Below the pieces are notes generated by a model. It worked only from the letters and a program-made list of their open reading frames with translations, searched no databases and was not told where the DNA came from. Positions 51,075-62,272 of a DNA stretch of 64,000 nt are shown piece by piece. Source of the stretch: Carcharhinus amblyrhynchos (lineage: Eukaryota). The translations under genes and the position numbers were made by a program. The stretch's first letter is position 1; each line of letters begins with the position of its first letter. The stretch covers positions 68,138,001 to 68,202,000 of the forward strand of contig OZ336871.1 in NCBI GenBank assembly GCA_965287045.1. Reading direction: 5' to 3'.

Positions 51075-51556
51075 ATTTTGCATACAAGGCATCCGTAACC
51101 TCCTTGACACACTTTGGATGGATGGTTAGGAAATGTCAAAGGTCTCCACTGGCAGTCTGGAAGGACCTAATGACGTAAATGTTTAAGGCAGCCATCACTT
51201 GCACAGCCACTGGGAGTGGGTGCCCCCCCACCCCCTTGTCCAGAGGTGCCAGGTTCTGCAGCAAATGACACAAGTACTGCATTGTCTCCTTTTGGAGCCA
51301 AAGCTGCGGCAGCACACAATGTTCGACAGTTGCCCGAAGGACATTTGCCTGATGAACTTCTGAGGTCTCTGCTCCATTCTTCTCCTGCCACCCCCCTCGG
51401 GGCGAATGGCAGCCTCTGGTGGCCGTCTCCCTCTATTCTTGCGAGTGGTAAAGCCTCGGCCTCCTGTACCTGCTATTCATCCTCTTGCTCCTCCTCCTCA
51501 GCTCCAGCAGCAACCAAAAGAACAGTAAGATCATTGGGTTGCATTGCAAAAGCCAT
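51075..51556 (-). pseudogene. PIF/Harbinger transposase N-terminal remnant (the element probably extends to ~52475)
   Basis: With frameshifts and stops, reads ...MSFGQLS..CCR..LQKETMQYLCHLLQNL...HPLPVAVQVMAALNIYVIRSFQTASGDL*...CVKEVTDALY, matching the HARBI1-type motif LPVAVKVxxALxFYASGSFQ...GD..ISQ...CIxEVTDAL. Confidence 0.75.
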
Positions 51557-54398
51557 CTCGACAATCTAAAGAAGTTGGGGGGGGGCGTGTGTGGGGAGGA
51601 ATCTGGGGAAGGCGAGACGGATCGCGAGGTTAAGGAACTCTGCTCATCCCCAGCCCAGTGACACACACTCCCCTACACCCTCCCTCCCCCACAGATATCC
51701 AGCAACACACACTCCACATACTCCCCCTTACAGGTCCCAAAATGGCAACACAGCTCCATCCAATCCCCCACCCACTCACAAACACATAATCAGACCTATC
51801 CAATAGTGGCCACAGACAGTGCTACTTGACAAATCCCGAGGCTGCAGCACTCCCACTTTGGAGAGTTTCCAGCTTATCCCCCACCTGCAATTGTGCTTGC
51901 TGCTGCCAGCACTGGGACCCAGAGTTAGTGCTAAGACCTGAATCAGCATCCTCAGCCAGGTCTGTCCTGAGAGGCCTAAATTGGACCCCATGAATGGCAG
52001 CAGCCTCCCACACCACCAACCCCACGCCCCCCCCGGCCCCCACACACACTCGCAGGCTCCCCCAACCTGAAATGCATCATGGCCACCATGAAACATACCC
52101 CTCTGAGCAGCATGGAGCCATTTGAAAGCAGAAACTTACCCACTTGCTCACCCTCTCTGCTCAAGCGCCTGAATGCGACTTTTACACTTGAGGTGTTTTC
52201 CTGACCAATCCAGCTGCAGCGAATGAGGTGATTAAAGCAGGTGAGCTTGGAAGATTGGGAGTGAAGCTCGCTAATTATATTGAGATGAATGCAAAAAAAA
52301 ATGCAAATTGACATTTTTGCCCATAGGATGGGTCCTGATCACGCTGATATCTTTTTCTTTATAAAATGGGAATGGGTGTGAAAGCGAGCACCATTCCTGC
52401 TAATTACATCATGCCCAATTTTGCAACAATTTTCCACTGCAAAACAGGTGCGATAAGGCTGTTAAATTCTGCCCCACATCTCAGAACACTGTGGGTCAGT
52501 AAACAGAACATTATGGGGTAAACTTTCTGCCCCACTCATTGCAAGAATCATAGCATGGTGGCGGGGGCAAAAAATTTAGCAGATCATTTAAGCATCTGCT
52601 GACTTTGGGCAGGAATTTCGGGTCTTGGGCATGCTCAACTGGAAAATTCCACCTGATTGTGTGCTCAGTTTTCCTCATAGAGTGGAAATATTTATTATAT
52701 GTACTATATAGTTTACGATGAGTTTAACATTGGCATTTCAATTCCAGGAGCATCGTGGAAATGATTCAGGGAAATAAGGTTAAAAATTTGGAAACCTTCC
52801 ATTTTCTACTCACCTGGAAGCTAGATGCACTTCAGAATTTCATTGTTTGTTTCCTACCATATCAAAATAAATAAGATAGTCCTTATGCCATTATTTGTTA
52901 GGAAAGATTTGGAGTTGCTTTAAATGGGGACACTCATAGATCAGGGCCACTGCGCATGCGCAGACTCTGGCATGAATAGGCCCAAACCCCTCAGCCCCTC
53001 CTGGTTTTTAATGAGATTCACAATTGTGACCCCTGCATTGCACAAAGTGCAGAGATTCAAGTCTGAAGCTGCACTGAAGAAACAGTCATGATCTAGAAGA
53101 GTTTTCCCACCAATTTAGCACTTTTGGGAGAATCGCCCCCATTGTCCCCAATTGCACGCTTTTAAATCTGATGGTTATAAATTCAACCACAGCTGATACA
53201 TTACATGGTTAGTCATTCACTGCCAGATATGACTCAGCATTGTCATGTCATATGATACTTTGTCCTTCCTTAGTCTCCAACTAGTGAAGGATTACCTTTG
53301 AAAGCAAGGGCAACCCACCACTCATTTTCTCCTTGACTCCTGGCTTCTGTCATTTTCTTTCCTTCCACTCTTTCCACCAATCTCTTTACTCTCAGCTGTA
53401 ATACTGGATACAAACAGCTCATGGATTTCTTTGTTTCCAAACTATCCATGTAGCTGTCTCTGCCGCTACTTTTCTTTTGTGCCCTACTGCTTCAGATCTG
53501 TTCCACACACTCTAGTTTTCAGGATTCTTTGTACACAGATTTTTTTCTCATCTCTTATACTCCTCAATAGCTTCTTTGGTGAAACCCACCTTCTGCCCCT
53601 TGATTCCCTTCCCCACCCCACACCTGATATTTGACTGTCCCACTGAAACCTCCAAGTTACTGAATGTTGTTAATAGCTTCCTTTGTGTAGGTATATCCTT
53701 TTGTTTTCAAAACCACTTCCCAACTTTGCTACTTGACCCTTAACCCATTCCTCTTTCTCATTTATATGCTGCTATTTGGTGATATTATCCACAGGCAACG
53801 GATCAATTTCTTCTAGTGTGCTACATACGGCTTTATTTGTTGACTATTTATCTTGGTCACAGAGCTACCTCCATTATACAAAGAACAAAGAACAACCCAG
53901 CATGGGAAACAGGCCCTTCGGCCCAACGAGCCCGTGCCGCCGCATCACCCTACACCTATTCTACCCTGTGTGTCTACAAATGGAACCCCTAACTTGCCAG
54001 ATACAGGGGAGAATAGTGTCAATTTGGTAAAACCAATCAGCCTAAGAGCACATCTTTGGGGTGTGGGAGGAAACCGGAGCGCCCGGAGGAAACCCACGCA
54101 ACCACAGGGAGAATGCGCAAACTCCCACAGACACAGGCCCAAATCCATGTATCTGCACAGCTAGCAGTGCTAGTCACCGAGCTGTTGCGGCGTCCGTCTA
54201 CCGGTCCATGATCAAGCACACACACCGACACGAAGTACTAGGCCACTCCCAGAACCTCCAAGAGCAGCCCACGCACAACCCACCGTGTGCATGCCCCTTG
54301 TTTGACAACGAGGTGGACCTCCACCTGCGGAGTGAAAAGACAAAAACGTTAATCTTACAAGACTGCTTTTCTGGTGTCTCCCGAGGTTCTAACCTTAT

Positions 54399-57257
54399 TT
54401 AATAGCCCCTACCATAACCCTCCATCCTCGTTTCACTCATGTGCCTATCTAACTGAACCTTAAATGAGTCCAACGTTTCTGCCTCCACCACCCTACTCGG
54501 TAGCGCGTTCCATACCCCCACAACTCTCTGCGTAAAGAACCTTCCTCTCACATCCAAATTATACCTCTCCCCTCTCACCCTTAAATCATGCTCTCTCGTA
54601 TTTGTACCCAGTCTAGGGAGCAGTCTCTCACTATTAACTCTATCTATTCCCTTCAGTATCTTATATAGCTCTATCATGTCCCCCCTCAATCTCCGTCTTT
54701 CCAAGGAGAATAGTCCCAGTTTCTCCAACCTTTCCTCGTAACCCAGCCCCTCCATGCCAGGCAACATCCTGGTAAACCTCCTCTGCACCCTTTCCAGAGA
54801 CTCCACGTCCTTCCGGTAGTAAGGTGACCAGAACTGGACGCAGTACTCCAAATGCTGTCTAACCAACGTTCTATACAACTGAAGCATTAGACGGCAGCTT
54901 TTATACTCTATACCCCTTCCTATAAAGGCTAGCAATCCATAAGCCTTCCTAACAACCTTCTCCACTTGTGTCGCAACCTTCATGGATTTGTGAACCTGCA
55001 CTCCCAGGTCCCTCTGTATTTCTATACTCCTAATTTGTCTACCTTTTATCACATAGCTCCTCTCTGCATTATTCCTTCCAAAATGCATCACCTCGCATTT
55101 GTCAGGATTAAATTCCACCTGCCACTTATCTGCCCAATGCACCAACCTATCTATATCCTGTTGTATCACCTGACAATCCCCTTCAGTACCCGCCAACCCT
55201 GCCATCTTGGTGTCATCAGCAAACTTGCTGATCACACCAACTACGCTCTCTTCCAAGTCATTTATGTATACTACAAAGAGGAGAGGTCCCAGTACTGAGC
55301 CCTGCGGCACACCACTGGTCACTGGCCTCCAGCCCGACAAGGTCCCCTCTACAACTACCCTCTGTCTCCTATTACCCAGCCAGTTCTCAATCCACCTAGC
55401 TACCTGACCTCGTATCCCATGCGCCTTAACCTTTTCTACCAGCCTACCATGAGGGACTTTGTCAAACGCCTTACTGAAATCCATATAGATGACATCAACG
55501 GCTCTCCCATCGTCAACCGTTTTTGTCACCTCCTCAAAGAATTCCACAAGATTCATAAGGCAAGACCTCCCTCTAACAAAGCCATGTTGCGTATCCCTAA
55601 TCAGATCGCAGTGCTCCAAATGCTCATACATCCTACCCCTAAGTATTTTTTCCATTAATTTCCCTACCACCGATGTCAAACTCACCGGTCTATAATTTCC
55701 AGGGTTATCCCTACTACCTTTTTTGAACAGCGGTACCACATTTGCTACCCTCCAGTCTTCTGGGACCTCACCTGTGTCCAAAGAAGAGACAAAGATTTGT
55801 GCCAGAGGCCCAGCAATTTCATCTTTCACCTCCCTAAGCAGCCTGGGATAAATACCATCAGGCCCCGGAGCTTTATCCATCCTCACGCTACCTAAAAGCC
55901 CTAGCACTTCCTCCCTCGTAATAGATATTTCCTGTAACTGATCCTCAGCTCCCTCCAAGAGACCGCACGATTCCGAACCTCTCTCCTTCGTGAATACCGA
56001 CGCAAAGTATTCATTCAGGAGCTCCCCCATTCCCTCCGACTCAATACATAACTCCCCACTTTTGTCCCTAAGAGGACCAATTTTCCCTCTAACTACTCTC
56101 TTGCTCCTAATATAGGAATAAAATGCCTTTGGATTTTCCTTAATCCTACCAGCCAAAGCCATTTCATGCCCTCTCTTCGCCCTTCTAACTCCCCTTTTTA
56201 GCTCCCTCCTACTCTCTCTATATTCCTCCAGCGCACTCTCCGTACCCAGTCGTTTCGACCTAACATACGCCTCCCTCTTCTTCCTGACCAAGTCTTCAAT
56301 ACCCCCTGTAATCCACAGCTCTCTAATCCTACCTTTCCCATCCTTCCGCTTAACCGGAACATACCTCCCCTGCAACCATTTCATTTTGCCCTTAAACGCC
56401 TCCCACTTGCCAACCGTGGACTTGCCAGCTAATAGTCCCTCCCAATCAGTGTCCTGCAGCTCCCTCCTAATCCTGCTATAGCTCGCCTTTCCCCAGTTCA
56501 GCACACTCCCATTTGGCCGGCACTCGTCCCTTTCCATTTTTATCCTAAAGTAGACGGACTTGTGGTCACTATTAGCCACATGCTCGCCTACCTCTACCTC
56601 ACCCACCTGCCCCGGCTCATTACCCAACACTAAATCCAGTATAGCCCCTCCCCTAGTCGGGCTAGTTACATACTGCTCTAGAGACCCTTCCAAAACACAT
56701 TTCACAAACTCCTCTCCCTCTGTACCCCCAGCTCTAGGCCCCCTCCAATTCACTCCAGGAAGATTAAAGTCACCCACTACAACCACTCCATTCTTCCTGC
56801 ACCTGTCCAAAATGCCCCTGCAAATGCTTTCCTCCACTGACCTCGGGCTGTTGGGTGGCCTATAGTACACCCCTAGCAACGTAATCTCTCCCTTTTTATT
56901 CCTCAACTCCACCCACAGTGACTCAATCCCTGTCTCTTCCATATTGTCCTCCCTCTGCACTACTGTGATGTTTTCCTTTACTAACAGTGCCACCCCTCCA
57001 CCTCTCTTCAACCCTCCTCTGTCACGCCTAAAACACTTGTACCCAGGAACATTCAGCTGCCAGTCCTGCCCTTCCCGTAACCACGTCTCCGTTACAGCCA
57101 CCACATCTAACTGCCTCACAAACATCAAGGCCCTAAGCTCATCCGTTTTCCCTGCCACACTCCTAGCATTGAAACAGACACAGTTCAACCCACGAGTGTC
57201 CCTCAGAACCTCCTTCTCCCTGATAATTTTCCTTTCACCCGACTCTCTACCAGCCAC
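54399..57257 (-). CDS. LINE ORF2: apurinic-like endonuclease plus reverse transcriptase (952 aa counted from a GTG)
   Basis: APE motifs NARS, ETWL, VYYRPP, GDFN, LDLV, SDH; RT motifs NYRPVSLTS, QHGF, DFSKAFDKVPH, GVPQGSVLGPLLF, FADD; CR1-type C-terminus LEYCVQFWSP...FFTQRVVGVWNALP. The frame is open from 57293. Confidence 0.95.
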   Translation of the reverse strand: MAGRESGERKIIREKEVLRDTRGLNCVCFNARSVAGKTDELRALMFVRQLDVVAVTETWLREGQDWQLNVPGYKCFRRDRGGLKRGGGVALLVKENITVVQREDNMEETGIESLWVELRNKKGEITLLGVYYRPPNSPRSVEESICRGILDRCRKNGVVVVGDFNLPGVNWRGPRAGGTEGEEFVKCVLEGSLEQYVTSPTRGGAILDLVLGNEPGQVGEVEVGEHVANSDHKSVYFRIKMERDECRPNGSVLNWGKASYSRIRRELQDTDWEGLLAGKSTVGKWEAFKGKMKWLQGRYVPVKRKDGKGRIRELWITGGIEDLVRKKREAYVRSKRLGTESALEEYRESRRELKRGVRRAKRGHEMALAGRIKENPKAFYSYIRSKRVVRGKIGPLRDKSGELCIESEGMGELLNEYFASVFTKERGSESCGLLEGAEDQLQEISITREEVLGLLGSVRMDKAPGPDGIYPRLLREVKDEIAGPLAQIFVSSLDTGEVPEDWRVANVVPLFKKGSRDNPGNYRPVSLTSVVGKLMEKILRGRMYEHLEHCDLIRDTQHGFVRGRSCLMNLVEFFEEVTKTVDDGRAVDVIYMDFSKAFDKVPHGRLVEKVKAHGIRGQVARWIENWLGNRRQRVVVEGTLSGWRPVTSGVPQGSVLGPLLFVVYINDLEESVVGVISKFADDTKMAGLAGTEGDCQVIQQDIDRLVHWADKWQVEFNPDKCEVMHFGRNNAERSYVIKGRQIRSIEIQRDLGVQVHKSMKVATQVEKVVRKAYGLLAFIGRGIEYKSCRLMLQLYRTLVRQHLEYCVQFWSPYYRKDVESLERVQRRFTRMLPGMEGLGYEERLEKLGLFSLERRRLRGDMIELYKILKGIDRVNSERLLPRLGTNTREHDLRVRGERYNLDVRGRFFTQRVVGVWNALPSRVVEAETLDSFKVQLDRHMSETRMEGYGRGY

Positions 57258-57277
57258 ATCCCCACCCCCCCTCCTTA

Positions 57278-57425
57278 TTAGTTTAAACCATTCCTAAACA
57301 CCCCAGCTAACCTCCCCGCTAAGACACTAGTTCCCCTCCCGTTCAAATTCTCCCCACCCCTCCTGTACAGTTGCCCTTCTCTCCTAAACACCTCCCAGTG
57401 ATCCACAAAAGTAAAGCCCTCTGTA
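57278..57425 (-). pseudogene. 3' end of CR1 ORF1 (SGNH-esterase-like C-terminus), 5'-truncated
   Basis: Manual translation EGFTFVDHWEVFRREGQLYRRGGENLNGRGTSVLAGRLAGVFRNGLN*, matching the CR1 ORF1 pattern GFxFxDHW...LYxxDGLHLNxxG...LN*. Confidence 0.8.
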
Positions 57426-57429
57426 ACAC

Positions 57430-57760
57430 TGTCTTTCTGATATGAAGTCATGAATGAGCTAAAGTTTCTTTCAACAAAATATTGGGAAAGTGGAAGCTAT
57501 TGTTTTGACCCTGCTCCATCCTAATCAGCCTGAGATGAGATTCAAATTCCACATTGGGTTCATTGCTAACACTGCTTATTTCCAACTCTGCAGCCTTGCC
57601 ACTGCTGAAATCCTTATCTATTCTCTTGTTATCTCCATACTCAATTGTTCTAATAAAGGCCTTTATTCTTGGCCTTTTATCTTCCTTCCTCCAATACCTT
57701 ACCAGTTGTATCTTGTCCTTCACTAAATTTCGTGCATGTACCATCTTGAAGCTTGGTGAT
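57430..57760 (+). mobile_element. Decayed L2-clade LINE remnant (continues from ~53300-53870)
   Basis: ATAEILIYSLVISILNCSN resembles the L2 motif AETLIHAFVTSRLDYSN; C/T-rich plus strand on both sides of the CR1 insertion. Confidence 0.6.
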
Positions 57761-58485
57761 CTATATTGTTTCCTAGTCTACCAATACATGGTTCAATATT
57801 GTTTTATTTATTTATTTAATTCTTCTAACTGGTCCCTTAGAATGTTCTCCACACTAAAGACTATACACAAACAAATTGTTGTTAAATTGCTCACATTATG
57901 AAAAAGGACAAAGGGGAAAGAGGAAAAACCCTCCATTTGTCTTTTCCTTGTATTTCCTCTCCTCATCCTCCATGTTGTTTTTTGGGATATAAAGTAAACT
58001 TAAATAATGACTAATTCTCAAGTTGTGTAAGACCTTCACCCATACTTGAAAGAAGTCGATATTCCCATGTCATAATAGGCTTCTAGAATTATATCAATCA
58101 CAGGCTACCACACAGTAATTTTTTTCATTGCCCGATGTAAAGTTGAATTTTTAGCATATCTTCACATGTGCACTGCCTTTCCCTTTGGGGAATGGTGGGG
58201 AAAATATTGGAAAGATTCTCAAGTTGATTATCAGCCCATTGAACCACATTATGAATGTGGCCAATGAGCCATGACATCTGATTTGAATCCACAGCTTCGG
58301 ATCCAGACATATAAGTGTTATCACTGTACCACATGACCTCCTGTATGAACTGCATATATCACTATTTCAGATGATCATATTGAATTTGTGAAACAATCTT
58401 TCAGCTGAAGTTGAAACATGTGTCATCATTTATTTGATCATCAAAGCTGAATTTTATCTGCTCTGTTCTGTACATAGTTGCTGAC

Positions 58486-58639
58486 CTGTTCTCTTTCGGT
58501 GAGTGTTCCTGTTTGGTATCCACTGACAGTGATGCCATGGCAGTCACTGTTTCTGTTTCTTTTCTCTCCAGGCTCTGGGCATCTTTGAGAGACCAGTTAA
58601 CTTCTGAGGCATATTGTTGTATAGATTTCCAATATTTTC
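58486..58639 (-). CDS. hdac9: Histone deacetylase 9, penultimate coding exon ((R)KYWKSIQQYASEVNWSLKDAQSLERKETETVTAMASLSVDTKQEHSPKEN(R))
   Basis: Acceptor TTTTCAG| and donor |GTCAG; 154 nt, phase 1 to phase 2, compatible with both neighbouring exons. Contains KYWK and the class IIa nuclear-export region ETETVTAMASLSV. Confidence 0.94.
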
Positions 58640-61600
58640 CTGAAAATGAAAATGTAGATTTTTTTTATGTCCAATGATGAAAAGTGCTGTAAAACTGATT
58701 TAAAATCCCCACTCTAGATATCATAATTATCCCATCATTTTCTTCAACAATTTTCAATATTAATCAGGAAATATAGGGTGGCATTTAATGGAGGCAACCA
58801 GACTCCAGTCAGTAAAGCTCCAGTGTTACCTGTCAGGAAGTGTCAATGCCTCTCTCAGGAGTCAGTTAAATGGCACTGTATATGCGAACACATAATCACG
58901 GTGCCCTGAAGTCTAGAGTAAGCCCCATGTGCAATCAAAACTTATGCCATCTATAGGAAGGAAACAAGAAATGGGGCTACCTCTTTCCTGTGGATTAGGA
59001 AGTGTTAAAATTCTTCCTAGGGCCTCTGATAGAGTGCTGTACAATCATTTACTGGGTGTTGCCCATAGTGGCTTAGCTGGTGATGCTCCCAATTCAACAT
59101 AATTGCATTGTTGAGATCTGATGCTTACTGCAACCACAATGTATACGTTGCCCCATAACCTACCTTTCATTAGCTCAACATGTAACAACAGTGTCATGAG
59201 ATTTTATCCTAGAAATTCATAGTTCATGTTCTGCTGAATTAAGTTCTTCAAGCATTGCAATAAATCATGAAAGTTCTCAAGGATTTTGCATCTACTCATT
59301 AATCACTGATTCTGTGAAACCTCATTTGACTTGCAAAAAGGAAGTATTTTCATGGGAACTCCCAGCTAGTGTTTCAGATAACTGGTTCTAAGTTCTCAGT
59401 GAGAAGATTCAATGAATGAACCTCAAGCTAAATGATGCAGCGAGTGTACACATTCTCCTCTCACCTTGTGGGATATAGGATCCAATCTGACCCATTGATG
59501 GAATTAAGGTGTTCTTTCTTTGCTACCTTCAAGAATTCTTTGTGAGATAATTTTGATAAATTGCAGACTAGTCTATATTAGACATGGAGCTGGATTTTAA
59601 GGCTCCATAGGTCCATGCTTTTGCTTTCCTCACCTTTCCAGCCTGCACCCAACTGGGTCACCATAGTTCATGGGAGTGGGAGGTGTAGAAGGTGTGGTAG
59701 GTGAGGAGCCAACCAGCCAGCCCCACCCAGTCTTAGGTCTATTGAGGGCCTTAGATGGCCAGTTATTGCCCACTTAAGCTCCTCAATTCATCTCTACTGC
59801 CACAAAATGCTGGGTAGTAGCAGGTGGGTGAGCGTGAAGGCCATTTTTTAAACAGCTTTGTTGAAAAGGCTGGAAGAAAGGGGACACATAACACGGGGGG
59901 GAAGGGTCCCATTTATGCATCAGGTGCATTGCCCCCAAGATGTTACCCTCCATCATTTGTTCCTTCCCAGCTGGCCTCTTAAACATGCCCCAGCTCCTTT
60001 ACCCTCATCCTTACATTCTCTGTTACTTCCTTGTCCAATACCCAGATTTATGTCTCTCCAGTGGCCATGTCCTCTTCATTCCAGGATTTGATTGTGGCCC
60101 CAAAAGACCCAGCATAGAGTTCCGCAATGCTGGGATTGCTAGAGCTGCCAGCCAATCAGGTTGGCCAGTAGTTCTCAAGATGGAATTTCCTCCCATTGAG
60201 GGTTGGAAGGCAAGCCCTCAGTTTATTTTGGCTACCAGCAGCGTGTCATCATTGCAAGATAGTCTTATTTACAGTTGGTTGATTTGGAATGGACTTTCCT
60301 ACTGGGTGTGGGGAACAATGCCTCCATAAAATCCAGCCCATTGATCAATAACACAAAACTTGCATTGAACTAGCAATGCCACTCAAAGAGGTGACAGGGA
60401 TGGTTTCCGTAGGAAATGGAATCTGATGCTTTAGATTTTTATCTGGGATTGAAACTAATACACATTTTAGAGAATAGTGGGAACATTACCATTAGCTTTA
60501 CTATAATTGTCCAGTGATTGCTTGATACTGTCAAGTGCGAGTGTCTGAAATGAGAAACGGTTCCATTCCCCAGTTTTAACACCCCTTATCTCAAAAGCAC
60601 ACAGAGAAGCCAAAACATTTTAAAGAGAAAAAGGAGCAACTTACAGTATTCTATAATATCCTACTTTTTACATTTATGCAATTAGAATATGTTAAAATTG
60701 GCTTATGATGTTTGGAAATTGAAAACAAACATATCGGCATTTGGCTGAATCAAACTTTTTTTTAATAGACTATGGTAACTATAGTAACTTTATAAGTTAT
60801 GTATGATTCAAATAGCTTTTCAAGCTGTGTTATATAATGCTCCCAATAATATTTAACTAAGAAATAATAAGACTCTGATTTTAGGTGGATCATAATGGCA
60901 GGGAGCCATGTAGCGGTGTAGCTAGGTGATGGGAATGGAATACGAGGGATGATGCAGTCAAATACAGCATAATTAAAAACAAATGAGTAAACGTATTATA
61001 ATTTTTCAAAATTACATTAGATCTGATTTTGGCATGAGTTTAATGGAATTCTGCAAGATAAGGGAGAACATGTTTCTTTTTGCCAAGTCTAGCTAAACTG
61101 AACAATTTAATGCAAATATTTTAAATAAATGGATCAAATCAACCTAGTGCAATCCAAGCCACCTAATGCTGCTCCTTCTCACTCACATGGTCACGTAATT
61201 CTGGACAACATTTCAATTGTTTCACTGAATCGTTTCAACTTCCACAGCAAATGGTTCTGTGTAAAGCAATGGGATACACTCAGCAAGGTGAAGAGAGGAG
61301 CAGACTACAACTTTTAATCAAGTCTTATGTCCTTTAGAATATTTCAGTCCCACCGTTTGAGATTGGGATATCTCTATTAACATAGTGGTAGCAGGATTTG
61401 GGGTAAAGTCAAGAGCAATTGGAGCGAACGGAGTAGGGTGGAATCATTAACCGCACTGATTGCTTCCCGTCCAATTGGTTTAAAGAGTAGTGGAAACTTT
61501 GTGCATGAGTGGAAGACTGATAATATAAATTCAAATTTGCCAGGATAGCAGAAACTGCTTCAATGGCAAGAGGGAGCTGCAGTATTACCTTCTGGGATGT

Positions 61601-62272
61601 GTTCTTGGCAACACATTTTTGCAGTCCCATTCATTTTGTACAATTTTTGATAATTTTACAAGATATATATTAAAAGTTGAAAGAGGTTGTGGTGGAAAAT
61701 ATTCCAGTTCTCATAACTGTAAAGTAAATTTAACATGCCAAGAGTTAATGGACCATTCATTCTCACCATAGAGTTCTGTTGCCAATATCATGAGATTATT
61801 TGTTATTCATTTGAAGAAAAGGCTGCCAGTTTTGCTTCACTATTGAATTTTGGATTTCATAAGTAAAGAATGGAAGATTTTAATTTCTGGACTTCTATTA
61901 TCAATGCAAATACAAATCATAGTTTATATTGGAGAGGTTCCAGGATTTTTTCTCTTTTGGAATAGACAAAGCAAAGCATTTATACTCTGAAGGAATAGAC
62001 CTCCAGCTTGAAGCTTAGTTTGTTTTAAGAAAGATTGCTGAGTAAATCATTATCTTCAGTTATTTTATAACCTTACATAAAAGCTTTTTTCATTGTGTTT
62101 TTGCAATTTATTTATGTAAACGTAGTATTGTTTCTTCTTTGAATATGAGCCCGTGTGCAATCAGCAAACTGACATATTGGTTTAGAAGACCGGTAAACAG
62201 AAACCTTCCTGGCACTTGCTAGATAATAAATCATTTTTGTGTAATTAAACAAATGTTACCCAAACGACTTAC

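Larger units (their letters stand above)
53879..57425 (-). mobile_element. Young, 5'-truncated CR1-clade LINE (ORF1 tail, intact ORF2, ~520 nt 3'UTR) in the last hdac9 intron, sense to hdac9
   Basis: Uninterrupted APE-RT ORF; ORF1 remnant upstream; CR1/HER1-type 3' end GGGCCGAAGGGCCTGTTTCC followed by short TTCTTTG repeats; CpGs retained. Confidence 0.93.

Noticed and set aside
54966-57297. Several plus-strand ORFs of 66-117 aa
   Set aside because: Antisense shadows of the LINE ORF2.
53865-57445. Target-site duplication for the young CR1
   Set aside because: The flanks (CCATTAT and TGTAACAC) show no clear direct repeat.
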